Shown: positions 1 through 13,121 of the stretch, in pieces
How the letters are laid out: every line of letters starts with the position of its first letter
Numbering within the stretch: the first letter of the stretch is position 1
DNA from: Zootoca vivipara
Taxonomy: Eukaryota
Direction: 5' to 3'
Length of the DNA: 64,000 nucleotides
Assembly: GCF_963506605.1 (NCBI RefSeq)
Contig: NC_083281.1
Coordinates: 13,206,001-13,270,000 of the forward strand
The notes under the pieces: model-generated
What the model saw: only the letters and a program-made list of their open reading frames with translations
Database searches by the model: none
Told to the model about the DNA's origin: nothing
Program-made: the position numbers and the translations under genes

Positions 1-1119
1 ACCCTCAAAGGGTTTCAAATACAACAGGTTTCCAGCAAGTGAGATTCAGAAGCATCGCTGTCTCTGACCATCCTGGCTAGGAGTCATCGATAGCCCTCTT
101 CTCTATTAATCCTGCAGCCCAGCATGCAGCTCTCATGAGGACAGCTCGCTGGATCTGGCCAAAGGCCCGCTCAGATAATAAGATCAAAAGAGCCTGCTTG
201 GATCCTGCCTGCACTTGGATCCTGCTTGCAGGTTCCCCGCAGGGCCTGATCCAGAGGCGGATTTAGGGGGCACAGAATCATGGGGGGTACTGCAACTATT
301 ATTTAGGATAGAGAGCGAAAGGTGGGCAGGGAACACCGAATTTTGTTGCTGCACAGGGCACTGCTGAAATTTGAGACTCCACGGTCCACCACAACTTCTT
401 CTGTTCTTATGGACCTCGGGGTGCTTTGGGGTCCATGTGGAGCTGCCAGAGGAACAAGCGGCTTCCCTGACAGGAAGCAACGCTTCTCTGCAGCTCCCGT
501 CCAGAGCTCAGCGGTTGCCCAAACAGCAAACGAAGCCAGGAGAGTCAGCGAAGGGGAAAACAAGGCCGCCACAGTTGCCGTCCCTTTGGCTCCAGAGCTC
601 CTGATCCAATTAAGGCAGGAAAGAGCCGCTTGCTCTTCTGGTGGCAGCCTTTAATTGGGAGCAGCTCTCCAGTTCCAGGAGGAGCTGCCGCTGCTTGGAA
701 CGAGGCCGGGCCCCTGGCCCACATGGGCCGCATCCTGCTGAGCTCAGGGGCAGGAAGGAGCGCTGGAGAGAGAAAGCTATAATCATCATCACCAGGGCTG
801 CTAGACGGACTGCCCCAGCCTGCAATGGTCTCTGGCCAACAATGCAGGGAAGGAAAAACGATGCCAGCGCTTTCACTCTCTCCTCCGCCCTCAGTTTGGG
901 GGGGGGGGCTGAAACAGCCAAGACCTGAGACTGTCCCTCCTCTGCCTCTGGAAGCTCTCCTCTCAGGGGGCCGGGTAGCCTGCTTGGGGCCAACCTCACG
1001 GCTGTGACACAGATACCCCAGAGCTGCTTGTTAAGGTTTTGGGCCTGGAGAATGCAATGTCAAGTGTGCCTCTGAGCATGTGCACAGAGTGCCTTCCCCC
1101 CAGCCCCACTGCCAGCCAA

Positions 1120-1550
1120 AAGGACACCCACATCTACATTGGCTCCCAGTACATTTCCGAGCACAATTCAAAGTGTTGGTGCTGACCTTTAAAGCCCTAA
1201 ATGGCCTCGGTCCAGTATACCTGAAGGAGCGTCTCCACCTCCATCATTCTGCCCGGACACTGAGGTCCAGCACCGAGGGCCTTCTGGCGGTTCCCTCGTT
1301 GCGAGAAGCCAAGTTGCAGGGAACTAGGCAGAGGGCCTTCTCGGTGGTGGCGCCTGCCCTGTGGAACGCCCTCCCAACAGATTTTGACTACCAGACTTTT
1401 AGAAGACATCTGAAGGCAGCCTTGTTCAGGGAGGCTTTTAATGTTTAATAGATTACTGTGTTTTATTTTTCTGTTGGAAGCCGCCCAGAGTGGCTGGGGA
1501 AACCCAGCCAGATGGGCGGGGTATAAATAATAAATTATTATTATTATTAT
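1120..1550 (+). mobile_element. L2-clade LINE 3' end
   Basis: [30 protein letters not shown]...[15 protein letters not shown] peptide and (ATT)n tail. Confidence 0.85.
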
Positions 1551-2494
1551 AATCCAAGGTCGGCCATGGCTTGCAGGAAGGGCAGAGCCCCCAAACCTCG
1601 CTTTTCAGCAGCTGTTTGATGCCACGCCCCAGAAAGGAGTCATTGGCAAAGTGCTCTAAACATAAAATTAAAAGTCTCCCTGCCAGGGAGAGTTTTCTGC
1701 TGCTGCTGCAGCAGCAACATTGGCAGCCTCTGAGCCAGAGCTCTTGGCTGAAGGGCAGCCAGAGGAACGGCTGGCTTGTCATCTGCCCTGCAGCCTCACC
1801 CGTTGCTGGCCCATCATGGAGGAAGAGGGCTGAATGTGGCCTTCCCCTTAGGGCATCTGGTCGGCCACTGGGAGAACAGTGCTGGGCGAATTTTGCCCCC
1901 CTTGGGCCTGATCCAGCCGCCGGGCTCTTCTTGTGCTCTTATGGAACCTCCAGCTCCAGAGGCAGTCTATTTAGATTCCCAGGTTCTTAGTGTTTGGTCA
2001 CTGTGAGAACAGGAGGATGGATTGCATGGACCACTGGCCTCATCCAGGTGTTCCTCATGAGCTCAGGCCAGCTGACCTGGATGCCAGTTACCCCCCACTT
2101 TATCCTCACAACAAGCCGATGAGGTAGGCTAAAGAGAGAGGGAGAGAAATGGGCCTGAAGGGTGAGGTGAATGGCTGAGGAAAGATTTGAACTCTGATCT
2201 TGCCAGCCAGAGCCCACCACTCTAACCATTAGTGCCAAAGTCCTCACTTCCCCTCCCCCCAGGCGCAGCCAGATGCCCCCCCCCAAGGCACACAGGGACA
2301 CTGAGAAGGTCTGAAGGCCAAGAAAGGGGGGGGGTTCTTGATCCAGGCTTCCTGTCCTGCTAGCTGAGGAAATGAACAGTGTTTCCTTTGAGTCAGGGCT
2401 CTGCTGAGGCCTTGCCAGGAACGCAGGAAGTCAGAAACGAAAAGAAGGTGTGCAGGCAGCGTCCCACCTCGGCCTGACTGACCCCAACCAGAAG

Positions 2495-4097
2495 CTTCTT
2501 CTTCTTCTTCTTCTTTGGCAATCCATCGTAGTCGAGTAAGATTGTCTTCCATAAACACGGCCTTAACAGTGAGTCCGTGACTGTGGAGGCCAATTCTGGA
2601 TCCACACGTCCTTCCACGGTGGGGACATAGGTTTCCAGGTGGGAGTTGATCACGGTGTGGATTTGCCAAGCGTGCCTTCCTCTTAGCACGTTTCTCCCTT
2701 GTGTCCTGAGTTCAAGTGTCTTCCAAGCCCATGACACCTTTGGTAAAGGCTGTTCTCCAACTGGAGTGCTTGTAGGCACCAGAGTTTCTCAGTTGTTGGT
2801 GTTTATACTACTTTTTTTTTAGATTTGCCTTGAGAGAGAATTTAAACCTCTTTTGTTCGGAATGGAGAAGTTGCTTTGGAGGACGATAATCAGGCATCTG
2901 AACCACATGACCAGTCCAACGAAGTTAATGTTGAAGAATTATTGCTTTGATACTGGTCATTTTTGCTTCTTCCATTATACTGGTATTAGTTCACCTGTAT
3001 TGCCCAGTGATGTGTAGACTTTTTCAGAGACACCATTGATGGAATATTTTGAGGAGTTGGAGATGGCGTTTGTAAGTGGTCCATGTTTCAGAAGCGTACA
3101 GTAAGGCTGGTAGCACAATAGCTTTGTAAAGAAGCATTTTGGTTTCCCTGCGAATGTCCCGGTCCTCAAACACTCTGCACTTCAGTCGGGAGAAAGCTGC
3201 ACTCGCAGAGCTCAGGCGATGCTGGATTTGGCATCAATGTTGGCCCTTGTGGATAACTGCCCAGGTAGGAGAAGTGATCAACACTTTCCAACGTTACAGC
3301 ACTGAATTGGATTTGTGGCACTGCAGAGGGGTTGTTTGTACTTGTTGGTGCAGCACTTTGGTTTTGGGGGTGTTGAGCAATAGACCAAAGGTTTTCGTAA
3401 GCTTCTGTGAAGATATTTAGGATGGTTTGGAGGTCATCCTCTGAGCATGCACACACTACGTTGTCCTCAGCATACTGAAGCTCTATGACAGACGTTACAG
3501 TAACCTTACTCTTTGCTTTCAGCCTGCTCAGATTGAAGAGCTTTCTATCGTTTGATATATGACAGGGGTAGGCAAGCCTTCTCAATCCGGCCCGCAGACA
3601 GTCCGGGACTCAGCGTGTTTTTACATGAGTAGAATGTGTCCTTTTATTTAAAATGCATCTCTGGGTTATTTGTGGGGCCTGCCTGGTGTTTTTACATGAG
3701 TAGAATGTGTCCTTTTATTTAAAACGCATCTCTGAGTTATTTGTGGGGCTTAGGAATTCGTTCATTCTTTTCTTCAAAATATAGTCTGCCCACCACATGG
3801 TCTGAGGGACGGTGGACCAGCCCACGGCTGAAAAAGGTTGCTGACCCCTGATATATGATTTCTACCCCAGTGGGGAGTTTCCCTTCAACAATGTGTAGGA
3901 TCATGGCAATGAAAATAATAAATAGGCTTGGGCCGATAATACATCCCTGTTTAACACCTGATCCCACTGTGAATGGTTCACTTTGAGAGCCATTGTTATC
4001 TGCAATTTTTGCTGTCATACTATCACGGAGGAGCCGATGGATGTTCACAAATTTATCTGGGCAGCCAATTTTCAGGAGGACAGTCCGCAGGGCATTA
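2495..4097 (-). mobile_element. RTE-clade LINE fragment (decayed RT and C-terminal zinc finger) with nested hAT MITE
   Basis: GSGVKQGC, LQYAEDNVV and CPHRGRTCGSRIGLHSH peptides; (GAA)n tail. Confidence 0.88.
3563..3850. mobile_element. Non-autonomous hAT element nested in RTE
   Basis: CAGGGGT...ACCCCTG termini with 8-bp TSD atatatga. Related copies at 10420-10738, about 23150-23330, 42336-43278 and about 63594-63834. Confidence 0.85.
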
Positions 4098-4683
4098 CAA
4101 TTTACAGTGTCGACACCAACATAGCACCAACACAGCCACCCTGGGGTCCAGGGACAGGAAGACTCGAGGGTGGTCCATTTTCAGGCTCTTCAGACTGGGC
4201 AGGGGGCACAATTTGGGCTTTGGGGATCCACTAACCTGGCACAAAAGGTGCACCTTTAGAATTCTGAGTCCAGGGATATGGATCTGAATGGAGCCTACAA
4301 TCCTTGCACACAAAAAATCCCAGGGACAGAATCACCCGGAAGGCTGCAGGAAGCAGCAACCTCAAATGGCCACAAATTCACACAACCCCCACACCCCAAC
4401 AAACTTTGAATCTAATGTGTTTGCATTTGAGAGCGAGGCATCTGGACCCAGGACCATCTGGGTTCACACATGGCTTCCGTACTGAATCAGCTTCGACCAC
4501 CCTGATGGAGGACCTGTGTTGCGAAAGGGGCAGGGAGATGGAGGCCAACTCAGTGGGGTGGGTATTGGAGGGGCCATATTGCAGCACTTCTGTCTCTCTC
4601 CCCAGGGTCGTAACCAGAGAGTAGCAATAGGTGAGGGGTCCTCGGCCCCCTGGCACCTGTGCCTTGGGGGTATTATCCTCTCC

Positions 4684-5438
4684 GAAATCCAGCATCTGTG
4701 AGTGCAGTTTTCTCCTGACTGAAGCGCAGAGTGTTTGAGGACTGGGACATTTGCAGGGAAACCAAAATGCTTGTTTACAAAGCTATTATACTACCAACCT
4801 TACTGTATGCTTGTGAAACATGGAGCACTTATAAATGCCATCTCCAGCTCCTCAAAAGATTCCATCAACAGGGTCTCCGAAAAATTCTACACGTCACTTG
4901 GGAAGACAGGCGAACTAATACCAGTGTACTGGAAGAAGCAAAGATCACTAGTGTTGAAGCAATGATTCTTCAACATCAGATTCGTTGGACTGGTCATGTT
5001 GTGCGGATGCCTGATGATTGTCTTCCAAAGCAACTACTCTATTCCAAACTTAAAAATGGTAAGCATAATGCTGGTGGTCAACAAAAGAGGTTTAAAGACT
5101 GTCTCAAGGCAAATCTTAAAAAATGTAGTATAAACACTGAAAACTGGGAAACACTGGCCTATGAGTGCTCCAATTGGAGAACAGCCTTTACCAAAGGTGT
5201 CATGGACTTTGAAGACGTTCGAACTCAGGACGCAAGGGAAAAATGTGCTAAGAGGAAGGCACGCTTGGCAAATCCACACCGTGCTCAACTCCCACCCGGA
5301 AACCAAGGTCTCCACTGTGGAAGGACGTGTGGATCCAGAATTGGCCTCTACAGTCACTTACAGACTCATTATTAAAACCATGTTTATGGAAGACAATCTT
5401 ACTTGGCTACAAGGGATCGCCAAAGAAGAAGAAGAAAG
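4684..5438 (+). mobile_element. RTE-clade LINE 3' end
   Basis: 214-aa ORF 4731-5375 (LLYACETW...RWTGHVVRMPD...CGRTCGSRIGLYSHLQTH) and (GAA)n tail. Confidence 0.9.
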
Positions 5439-6599
5439 AATCTCAAGGCTAGATTACTGCAATGCACTCTATGTGGGGCTGCCCTGGGGACTGGTTCAGA
5501 AGCTCCCGGTGCAGAATGCTGCAGCCAGATTGCTGACAGGAGCCTCTGTGCAAGGACATTGTTAAAACAGCTGCACTGGCTCCCCATCTCCTACTGAGCC
5601 AAGTTCAAAGTCTTCCTATTAAGTTACGAAGCACTGAACAATTTAGGCCTAGGATACCTTAGGGACCAATCCTGGCTCCATCACTGAGATCATCTGCAGG
5701 AGCGTCATTGGTCATTCCTGAGTTGGTGAGGAGCATCTGACAATGAAAAACTGAGCCTTTCAGCCCAATCCTGTGGAACACTCTGCCACTAGACAAAGTG
5801 TCACTAAACTAGGCACTCTGCCACTAAACATTTCTATCTCACCAGGTTTATGCAGGCAAACAGGAACACAGTTTTCCACAATAGCTAGCTGATCTCTGAT
5901 TACAACATGTTTATATGGTTTTCTGTACAAATGGTTGTAAATTGCTCTGATTTCTTTTTAGGAGTTTTTATTAAAAAAAACACACCAAAACACTAAATGA
6001 GCTTCAATAGAGCCAGGCTTCAAATGGGGGTGAAAATACCCCCAAACCCCTCTCCACTCTATCCTGTCAAGGGAAGAGCAGAGAGCACCCCAATTATGGG
6101 GAGGATCAGACCAGGCCAAGAAATTCCCTCCAAACTGCCCTGCCCCATCACAGGACAAGCTCCCCACTGCCGGAAGGACCCTGTTTGGACTATACTAGCC
6201 AGGCAGCCAAACTACCTCCCAATCGGGCAGGCCAAGCCGCGGCGCCCTTATCTCTGACCGGCCCTTGCTGGGGGGGCTTTGAGGGGCTCTGTCCTCTTGC
6301 CCAAGGAGAGCAGCTGCTGCTTTAGAGAAGACCCCCACCCCCCAGATCGCTGGGCATACAAGAAGGCACTGCCTGAAAACCAATCCTGTGCAAGACTAGC
6401 GTGTGGGGGGACGGGACACGGAGCACTGCCCCCCAAGAGGTGACAGACCTATTGCTCCGAGGCTGCTAAGTCCCGGTCTGGGGGGGGGTGTCCCTGCAGG
6501 CTGCAGTTTGGGATGATTTAGTGAGGGGGGAGCGGAATAAGAGGGGGTTAGAAAGGGGCAAAGCAGGCGTAACACCCAGGATGCCCCCACCAAGAAAGT

Positions 6600-7250
6600 G
6601 GCTTCCGAGGGGGTGGGATGTTAGGAACAGCAGGTCCCCCATCGCAGCTCCCATCCCGGCCGCCCTGGGCGGCCAGCCAGGCTCCTGGGGCTGCCGGTTC
6701 GAATCCCGAGCCGGGACTGAGCCTGGAGGAAGCAGGGGCTCCCGGGTGCCCGCTTGGCGAAGAGGCATCCCCAAGAGAGCGACGGCGCGGCTGCCGCTGC
6801 TGCTGCTTACCCGGTCCGGCTCCGGCTCTGGCTCCCGCTCCCGCTCCGGCGCTGCGCTCGCTTGGGCCGGTCTGGGCGGGCGCGGCCGGGGCGCGGGGCC
6901 CGGGCGCTGCCGGGCAGCAGGAAGGGGGCGGCTCCGGCCGGCCCTCCAGCCCGTGGGCGCCCAGCTGGGCCGGTGCCGGGCGGGAGGAGGGTCAAGGCAG
7001 TCCCGGCCCCGCCCGGGGAGGGGCCGCCGCCGCGCAGGAAGCCGCCCCCAAGAGCGCGGCCAGGCGGAGGGGCAGCCGCGGCGCTCTGCACGCGCTCAGA
7101 GGATCGGAGGCTGCAGAGGCAAGAAAGAGGCAGCCTGCAAAAGGAACGACGGGCCGGGTCCCGGTCACTCTTTGAAGGCGTTTTGCCCCCACCCACATTA
7201 TCAATTGAAAAATATGAAGAGGGGCGCGCGACGCCTCCTAGCCTAGCGCC
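6600..7250 (-). promoter_or_regulatory. CpG island with a putative non-coding first exon of a minus-strand gene, probably periaxin (PRX) by synteny
   Basis: Very GC/CpG-rich with GC boxes. Minus-strand donor GG|GTAAGC (plus strand cttac at 6806-6810; exon ends 6811). No coding exon is in the window. PRX is inferred only from the conserved order PRX-SERTAD1-SERTAD3-BLVRB-SPTBN4. Confidence 0.5.
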
Positions 7251-9489
7251 CCTCCCCCCGAGTGGGCTACTTACTTCTCAGGCTTGGAAGGTCCTGACTC
7301 CCCGCACTTCTCATTTGCCCGTCTCCACGTGCGGTCGAGGGGTGCCAGAGAGCCCGCACCACAGCGGGGGTCACTGGGCTTGATGCCAATCCCCTTCCAA
7401 CAGTCCCTTGGGGCTTGGCTCTGCCGGAGAGCGAGCCCTGCAGCAGGATCCCATCCCCTCGCCCCTAAGGATGCCCCGACCCCGACCCCTCCTGCGCCCT
7501 CTCCCCCACAGGTATCTTCCCAAGCTCTGGGAGCAGAAGGGGGTTGGTCCCCCATTTCCGCCTGGTGACTGGAAAGAAAACCGGGAGGTGCCTTATGCCA
7601 TGCCAGATAATAACACCCATCACTGACTGGCAGCAGCTGTCCAGAAGATCATGCTGGGGTGGGAGGGAGATCTCTCCAGCCAGCCCCACCTGGATGCTGC
7701 CCTCCGGAAACTGAACACGGGACCTCCTAGGAGCCAGTCAGGCGCCCTGCCCTTGGGATCACCCTTTCCTGAGATCAGGAAGGAGGGTTGTCTCCAGGAG
7801 ATTTTTCTCCCCCCATCCCCACCTGACAAGGAAGTTAACGCTGCGATCGACAGAGAAGAGTTGTTATTTCCCAGAGAACAGTAACCAGCCAGTCTTAAGT
7901 AGACATAGCACATAAGAAAAGAGGGACGGGGAGGGAGATGGAAAAAATGTAACCTTCTGTCTGGAAAGTTACAGTTCTTATTAGAACTGGCTGAGATGGA
8001 AATGCTTTATGCAGCATAATCTGCTTTAGCTGCTTTTAATTCTGAATTTTAAATGGTTGTAACCCACCCTGAGAGCTACTGGTGAAGGGCTGGTAATAAA
8101 TGTAATAAATTATTATTATTTCAGCCTGCCCCCCCCCCATGTACATTTCCGTCAGCAGCCACTTTGCAGGCTCCAAAAACTCCCAGCTCCTTTGTGGGTC
8201 AAGACACACATTCTTCATATAAGTTGAATAGGAGACACCACAATGCATGTTGTACAACACACAGAGAGCCCCTCGCCTTCCTTTCAGGCCAGTCTTTGCC
8301 TCCGAGCCCAGCCTGAAGGAGGCATTCAGGGGCAACGGGTAGGGGCAACTCCAGGGGAGCAAACCCCCCCCACTTTCCCTTCTCCCAAGTCTGCTACCTC
8401 CCCACCCTGCCCCCCAATTCCACCTTACCATAACTGGCTGCTGGGGACCAGGAGACCCCAAACACCCGGGCAAAGCACTCGCACATCTCTGCCTTGCTCT
8501 CCAGAACCCCAAGCTTCGTCCCACAGGGAAGCACCCACAGCACTGGGGCGGGGGTCGATGCCGTGTGCCGAGCTGCCAAGCACAGCGAAATGCCGCCCAG
8601 CCCCCCAACACACACTGAGGCATGAAAAGGGAGTCAGCCAGCAGGATTAGTGCAAGGCCACCATCAGCAGTTTGGGCAGCCTCTGAAAAGCATCCCCGCA
8701 TTGTTGGACTCAGTGGACACCCGGCACAGACAAAAGGGAGGCCCCCCCACCCATGTCCCGTCTGCCCCTGGACGGGCCGCTCGGATGGGAGGGCAGTGAG
8801 CCAGAGGAAGCCATCCGAGCGCCGGCCTCTTTGTCCCCTGCGAAGTCCAGCAGTTTTAGACCTCCCTGAGACCCAGACTCCTGGGCCACCCAGTGGAGCA
8901 ACAGTCCAGTCCCAGAGGTTTGGGCGATTTAGTTGTTTGAGTTAGAAATGTATACATCACTTGACTGTAAGAAGAAACCTCAAAGAGCTTTGCGAAGAGA
9001 GGAGAACATAAGGAGAGCCTGCTGGGTGGTGGGCTCTCCTTCCTTGGAGGCTCTTAAGCAGATATTGGACGGCCACCTGTCGTGGATGCTTTATTTGAGG
9101 TTTCTGCATTGCAGGGGGTTGGACTAGATGACCCCCTGGACCCCTCCTGATTCTACAGTTCCATGATTCTGTGGATCAGGCCAATGTTCCCAGCACCCTG
9201 TTCTCACACTGACCAACCAGATACCCCCAATGGAGGAGTGTGCCTTTGGGGGTGAAGTCAAACCACTGGAGAGTTACGGCACCTGCTGTGGCTGTAGAGA
9301 CCGATAGGGGAGAGGTGTTTGGTTGCAGCCGGGATAGAGGAAGGCACCTGGTTGTGTTGCTGCAGATGCGCCAGGGCATTTCTTCTCTCTGTCCTCCCAG
9401 CAGTCATTCCTCCTCTGGTCACTGCTGTGGATACACGACCTGATTGCTCCATGAATTTTTCTAAAAGAACATTTAAACATTCAAAGATC

Positions 9490-9843
9490 ACAAGCATGCA
9501 TCAGAAATGGAACTTTTGGTGTTCAGTAAAGGAGAGAGTCCGTGTGGTGTTAAAAAAATGTACAGTAGTATAAACAGCAGCAATTGGGAAACACTGGCCT
9601 GCGAGTGTTTCAATTGGAGAACAGCCTTGACCAAAGGTGTCATGGGCTTTGAAGACACTCGAACTCAGGACGCAAGGGAGAAACGTGCTAAGAGGAAGGC
9701 ACATTTGGCAGATCCACACCGTGATCAACTCCCGTGCAGAAACCCATGTCCCCACAGTGGAAGGAAGTGTTGATCCAGAATTGGCCTCCACAGTCACTTA
9801 CAGACTCACTGTTAAAACTGTGTTTATGGAAGACAATCTTACT
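9490..9843 (+). mobile_element. RTE-clade LINE 3' fragment running into the assembly gap
   Basis: Same family sequence as 4684-5438. Confidence 0.85.
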
Positions 9844-9986
9844 NNNNNNNNNNNNNNNNNNNNNNNNNNNNNNNNNNNNNNNNNNNNNNNNNNNNNNNNN
9901 NNNNNNNNNNNNNNNNNNNNNNNNNNNNNNNNNNNNNNNNNNNNNNNNNNNNNNNNNNNNNNNNNNNNNNNNNNNNNNNNNNNNNN
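9844..9986. other. Assembly gap
   Basis: Run of N. Confidence 1.
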
Positions 9987-10185
9987 ACCTGGGAGACATG
10001 GGTTCAAATCCCCACTCAGCCATGAAACTCACTGGGTGACCTTGGGCCAGTCACTCACTCTTAGCCGGACCTACCTCGCAGGGGTGTCGTGAGGATAAAT
10101 TGGGGAGGGGAAAAGAATGTATGCTGTCTTGCACTCCTTGGAGGAAAGATGGGATATAAATGCAACAAATTCATTCATTCATTCA
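9987..10185 (+). mobile_element. tRNA-derived SINE (MIR/Squam-like)
   Basis: B-box-like ggttcaaatccc and core gggtgaccttgggccagtcac. Similar copies near 16580-16770, 45520-45730 and 54590-54830. Confidence 0.7.
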
Positions 10186-10419
10186 TGGAGGAGAAGGCTG
10201 CAATGATGTTCCACTACCAGTTGTTGGCAATCACAGGTGGGCAGGATCCTGCTTGTGGGCTTCTTCCTATTGGGGCATCTGGTTGGCTGCTGTGAGAAGA
10301 GGGTGGTGGACTCAAGGGGCCTCCGGCCTGATCCAGCAGCCTCTTTTTCTGTTCTTATGTAGCATTTTGCAGCCCGTCTCAATCGCCAGACATGGACATT
10401 GTCAGAACTATGGACTAGC

Positions 10420-10738
10420 CAGGGGTCAGCAAACTTTTTCAGCAGGGGGCCGGTCCACTGTCCCTCAGACCTTGTGGGGGGCCAGACTATATTTTGAAAA
10501 AAATATATGAATGAATTCCTATGCCCCACAAATAACCCAGAGATGCATTTTAAATAAAAGGACACATTCTACTCATGTAAAAACACCAGGCTGGCCGCAC
10601 AAATAACCCAGAGATGCATTTTAAATAAAAGGACACATTCTAATGTAAAAACATGCGGATTCCCGGACTCTCCGCGGGCCGGATTTAGAAGGCGATTGGG
10701 CCACATCCGGCCCCCAGGCCTTAGTTTGGGGACCCCTG
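10420..10738. mobile_element. Non-autonomous hAT element
   Basis: CAGGGGTC...GACCCCTG TIRs with flanking gactagc repeat. Confidence 0.85.
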
Positions 10739-11485
10739 GACTAGCCACAGTGCAAGATTTGATTATTTGGAAAGAGGGGTGGCCGCTGTATGCTAATCGT
10801 AGAATCACAGAATGGTATGAGTTGGAAGGGACCCCAAGGATCATCTAGGCCTTGCAATGCAGGAATCGCCGCTAGTCAGCAAGGAAGTTCTGGAAACTGG
10901 CAACCACAGAAAAAGATGCAAGTTGGAAGGAGGGGTTGGGAGTTTGGTGGAACTGCAGGCCCCCTTGCACCCCATGGGTTGGGCCTGGCCTCCCAACAGC
11001 AGTGATTTATCCAGCACAAGCCACCCCCTGGACAGCTCCAGGACTTGGAGGGGGCTGAGTCAGTGTCCACAGTTGGGAGCAGAGCGCAGGAAGAGGCACC
11101 CAGACTCTCTGGGCCAAGGGTGAAAAGTAAGCCTGTTCCCAAGATAGCACAGGGAGCCGGAGCTATATTTGAGCCCTATTTGGAATAAGACTCCGGCGCT
11201 CCTTGCATCCACCCCCCCCCCTTCATGGCAGCAGGTCAAGCACCAGGAGGATCCAGAATAAACACCGGACATCCTCATCAGAGGGGACTTCCTTGAGGTG
11301 ACGGAGAGAGCCAGAGGCCACGCCTGCCCGCCCCGCAGGAGAGCACAAGAGAATCCTGGACTGCATCAGGCCAATGGCCCCTCCAGTCCAGCCTCCTCTT
11401 CTCCCAGTGGCCGACCAGAAGCAAGAAGGATCCGAGCACAAGAGCCACTCTCCCCTCCTGTGGTCTCCAGCAACTAGGATGCAGA

Positions 11486-12274
11486 AGCACGATTCAAAGT
11501 GTTGGTGCTAACCTTTAAAGCCCTAAACGGCTTCGGTCCAGTATGCCTAAAGGAGCGTCTCCACCCCCATCATTCTGCCCGGACTGAGGTCCAGTGCCGA
11601 GGGCCTTCTGGCGGTTCCCTCACTACGAGAAGCCAAGTTACAGGGAACCAGGCAGAAGACTGTATGCTTGTGAAATATGGACCACTTATAAACACCATCT
11701 CCAACTCCTTGAAAGATTCCATCAATGGTGTCTCCGAAAAATCTTACACATCACTTGGGACGACAGGCGAACTAATATCAGTGTACTGGAAGAAGCAAAG
11801 ATCACCAGTGTTGAAGCAATGATTCTTCAACATCAACTTCGTTGGACTGGTCATGTTGTACGGATGCCTGATGATCGTCTTCCAAAGCAACTATTCTGAA
11901 CTTAAAAATGGAAAGCGTAATGCTGGTGGTCAACAAAAGAGGTTTAAAGACTGTCTCAAGGAAAATCTTTAAAAATGTAGTATAAACACTGACAACCGGG
12001 AAACACTGGCCTCCAGTTGGAGAACAGCCTTGACCAAAGGTGTCATGGGCTTTGAAGAAACTCAATCTCAGGACGCAAGGGAGAAATGTGCTAAGAGGAA
12101 GGCATGCTTGGCAAATCCACACCGTGATCAACTCCCGCCTGGAAACCAATGTCCCCACTGTAGAAGGATGTGTGGATCCAGAATTGGCCTCCACGGTCAC
12201 TTACGGACTCACTGTTAAAACCGTGTTTATGGAAGACAATCTTACTCGGCTACGAGTGATCGGCAAAGAAGAAG
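11486..12274 (+). mobile_element. L2 fragment (to about 11655) abutting an RTE 3' end (11659-12274)
   Basis: Homology to the L2 and RTE copies elsewhere in the window. Confidence 0.85.
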
Positions 12275-12689
12275 ACTCTTGAGAACCCCCTGAAAAAAAG
12301 CACTGAGCCTAGCCAGAGGGGCTGGGAGTCCTCCATGGTCCTCTCTTCCTCCTCCATGAATTTGTTTCTAAAGCCATCCATCACGGCCTCCTGCAGGCAT
12401 TCATTGATTTCCATTTGCGAGGGCATCCCAGGCTCTCTCAATGCTGGGAAGCAGCGTCAGTCATGACTTTGTGGGGTAACTTAGACTCTCCCAACATGTT
12501 GCAGATGAAAAGAGTAACTGTCTTGCAACCTTCTCTCTTCTGGTCCCAAAAGGACTACGTATGGCCTAAATCCCACCTGCCTCATCCTGGCAGCAACCCC
12601 CAAGCACATGGATGGAAGTTTTGATCCATTTACTCTGCTTGTGATGGCCTGTCCTACACCAGCTTCAGAAACCCAAGAGGCATTTCCGT

Positions 12690-12812
12690 TAGAAGTGTGC
12701 ATGTACACAAAAGCTCATAACAATAACAAAGTTAGTTGGTTATGAGTGCTACTGGAAGGAATCTTTTTATTTTGTTTCGACTACGGCAGACCAACACGGC
12801 TACCTACCTGTA
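12690..12812 (+). mobile_element. Degenerate Penelope-like fragment
   Basis: agaagtgtgcatgtacacaaaagctcata...gaccaacacggctacctacctgta, same family as 34389; hammerhead core broken. Confidence 0.75.
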
Positions 12813-13090
12813 TCTAGGAAAAGCATGGCCACCTCCCACAATGGGTGGTTATTAGCAGTGCCCCTACAAGCTAAACAAGCTCTAGCTCTTGGAGGGGGGG
12901 GCAAAAAATTTAAAGGGAAAAAAATGGATGTACATTTCCAAAATATAAGATAATAAGCAAATAAAATAAAACCTACATACAACAGTGTTTTGTGTTGTGG
13001 AGGCTCCTACGAGGTAAGTCATGGGCCCCGCCTGCTACGGTAGCCTGCTCCCTAAAATACCACTATCAAAATGCTTCAAGCCCCATGTTG

Positions 13091-13121
<31 letters not shown>

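Noticed and set aside
6488-7383. Several 130-250 aa overlapping ORFs
   Set aside because: Low-complexity Arg/Gly/Pro/Ala translations caused by stop-codon scarcity in a CpG island, with no recognisable domain. The same applies to 21250-22313, 40357-40920 and 55600-57935.
9637-10092. ORFs spanning the N run
   Set aside because: Artifacts of the assembly gap.
11594-11899. Apparent L2-RTE fusion ORF
   Set aside because: Adjacent truncated insertions; short, frameshifted and without a promoter.
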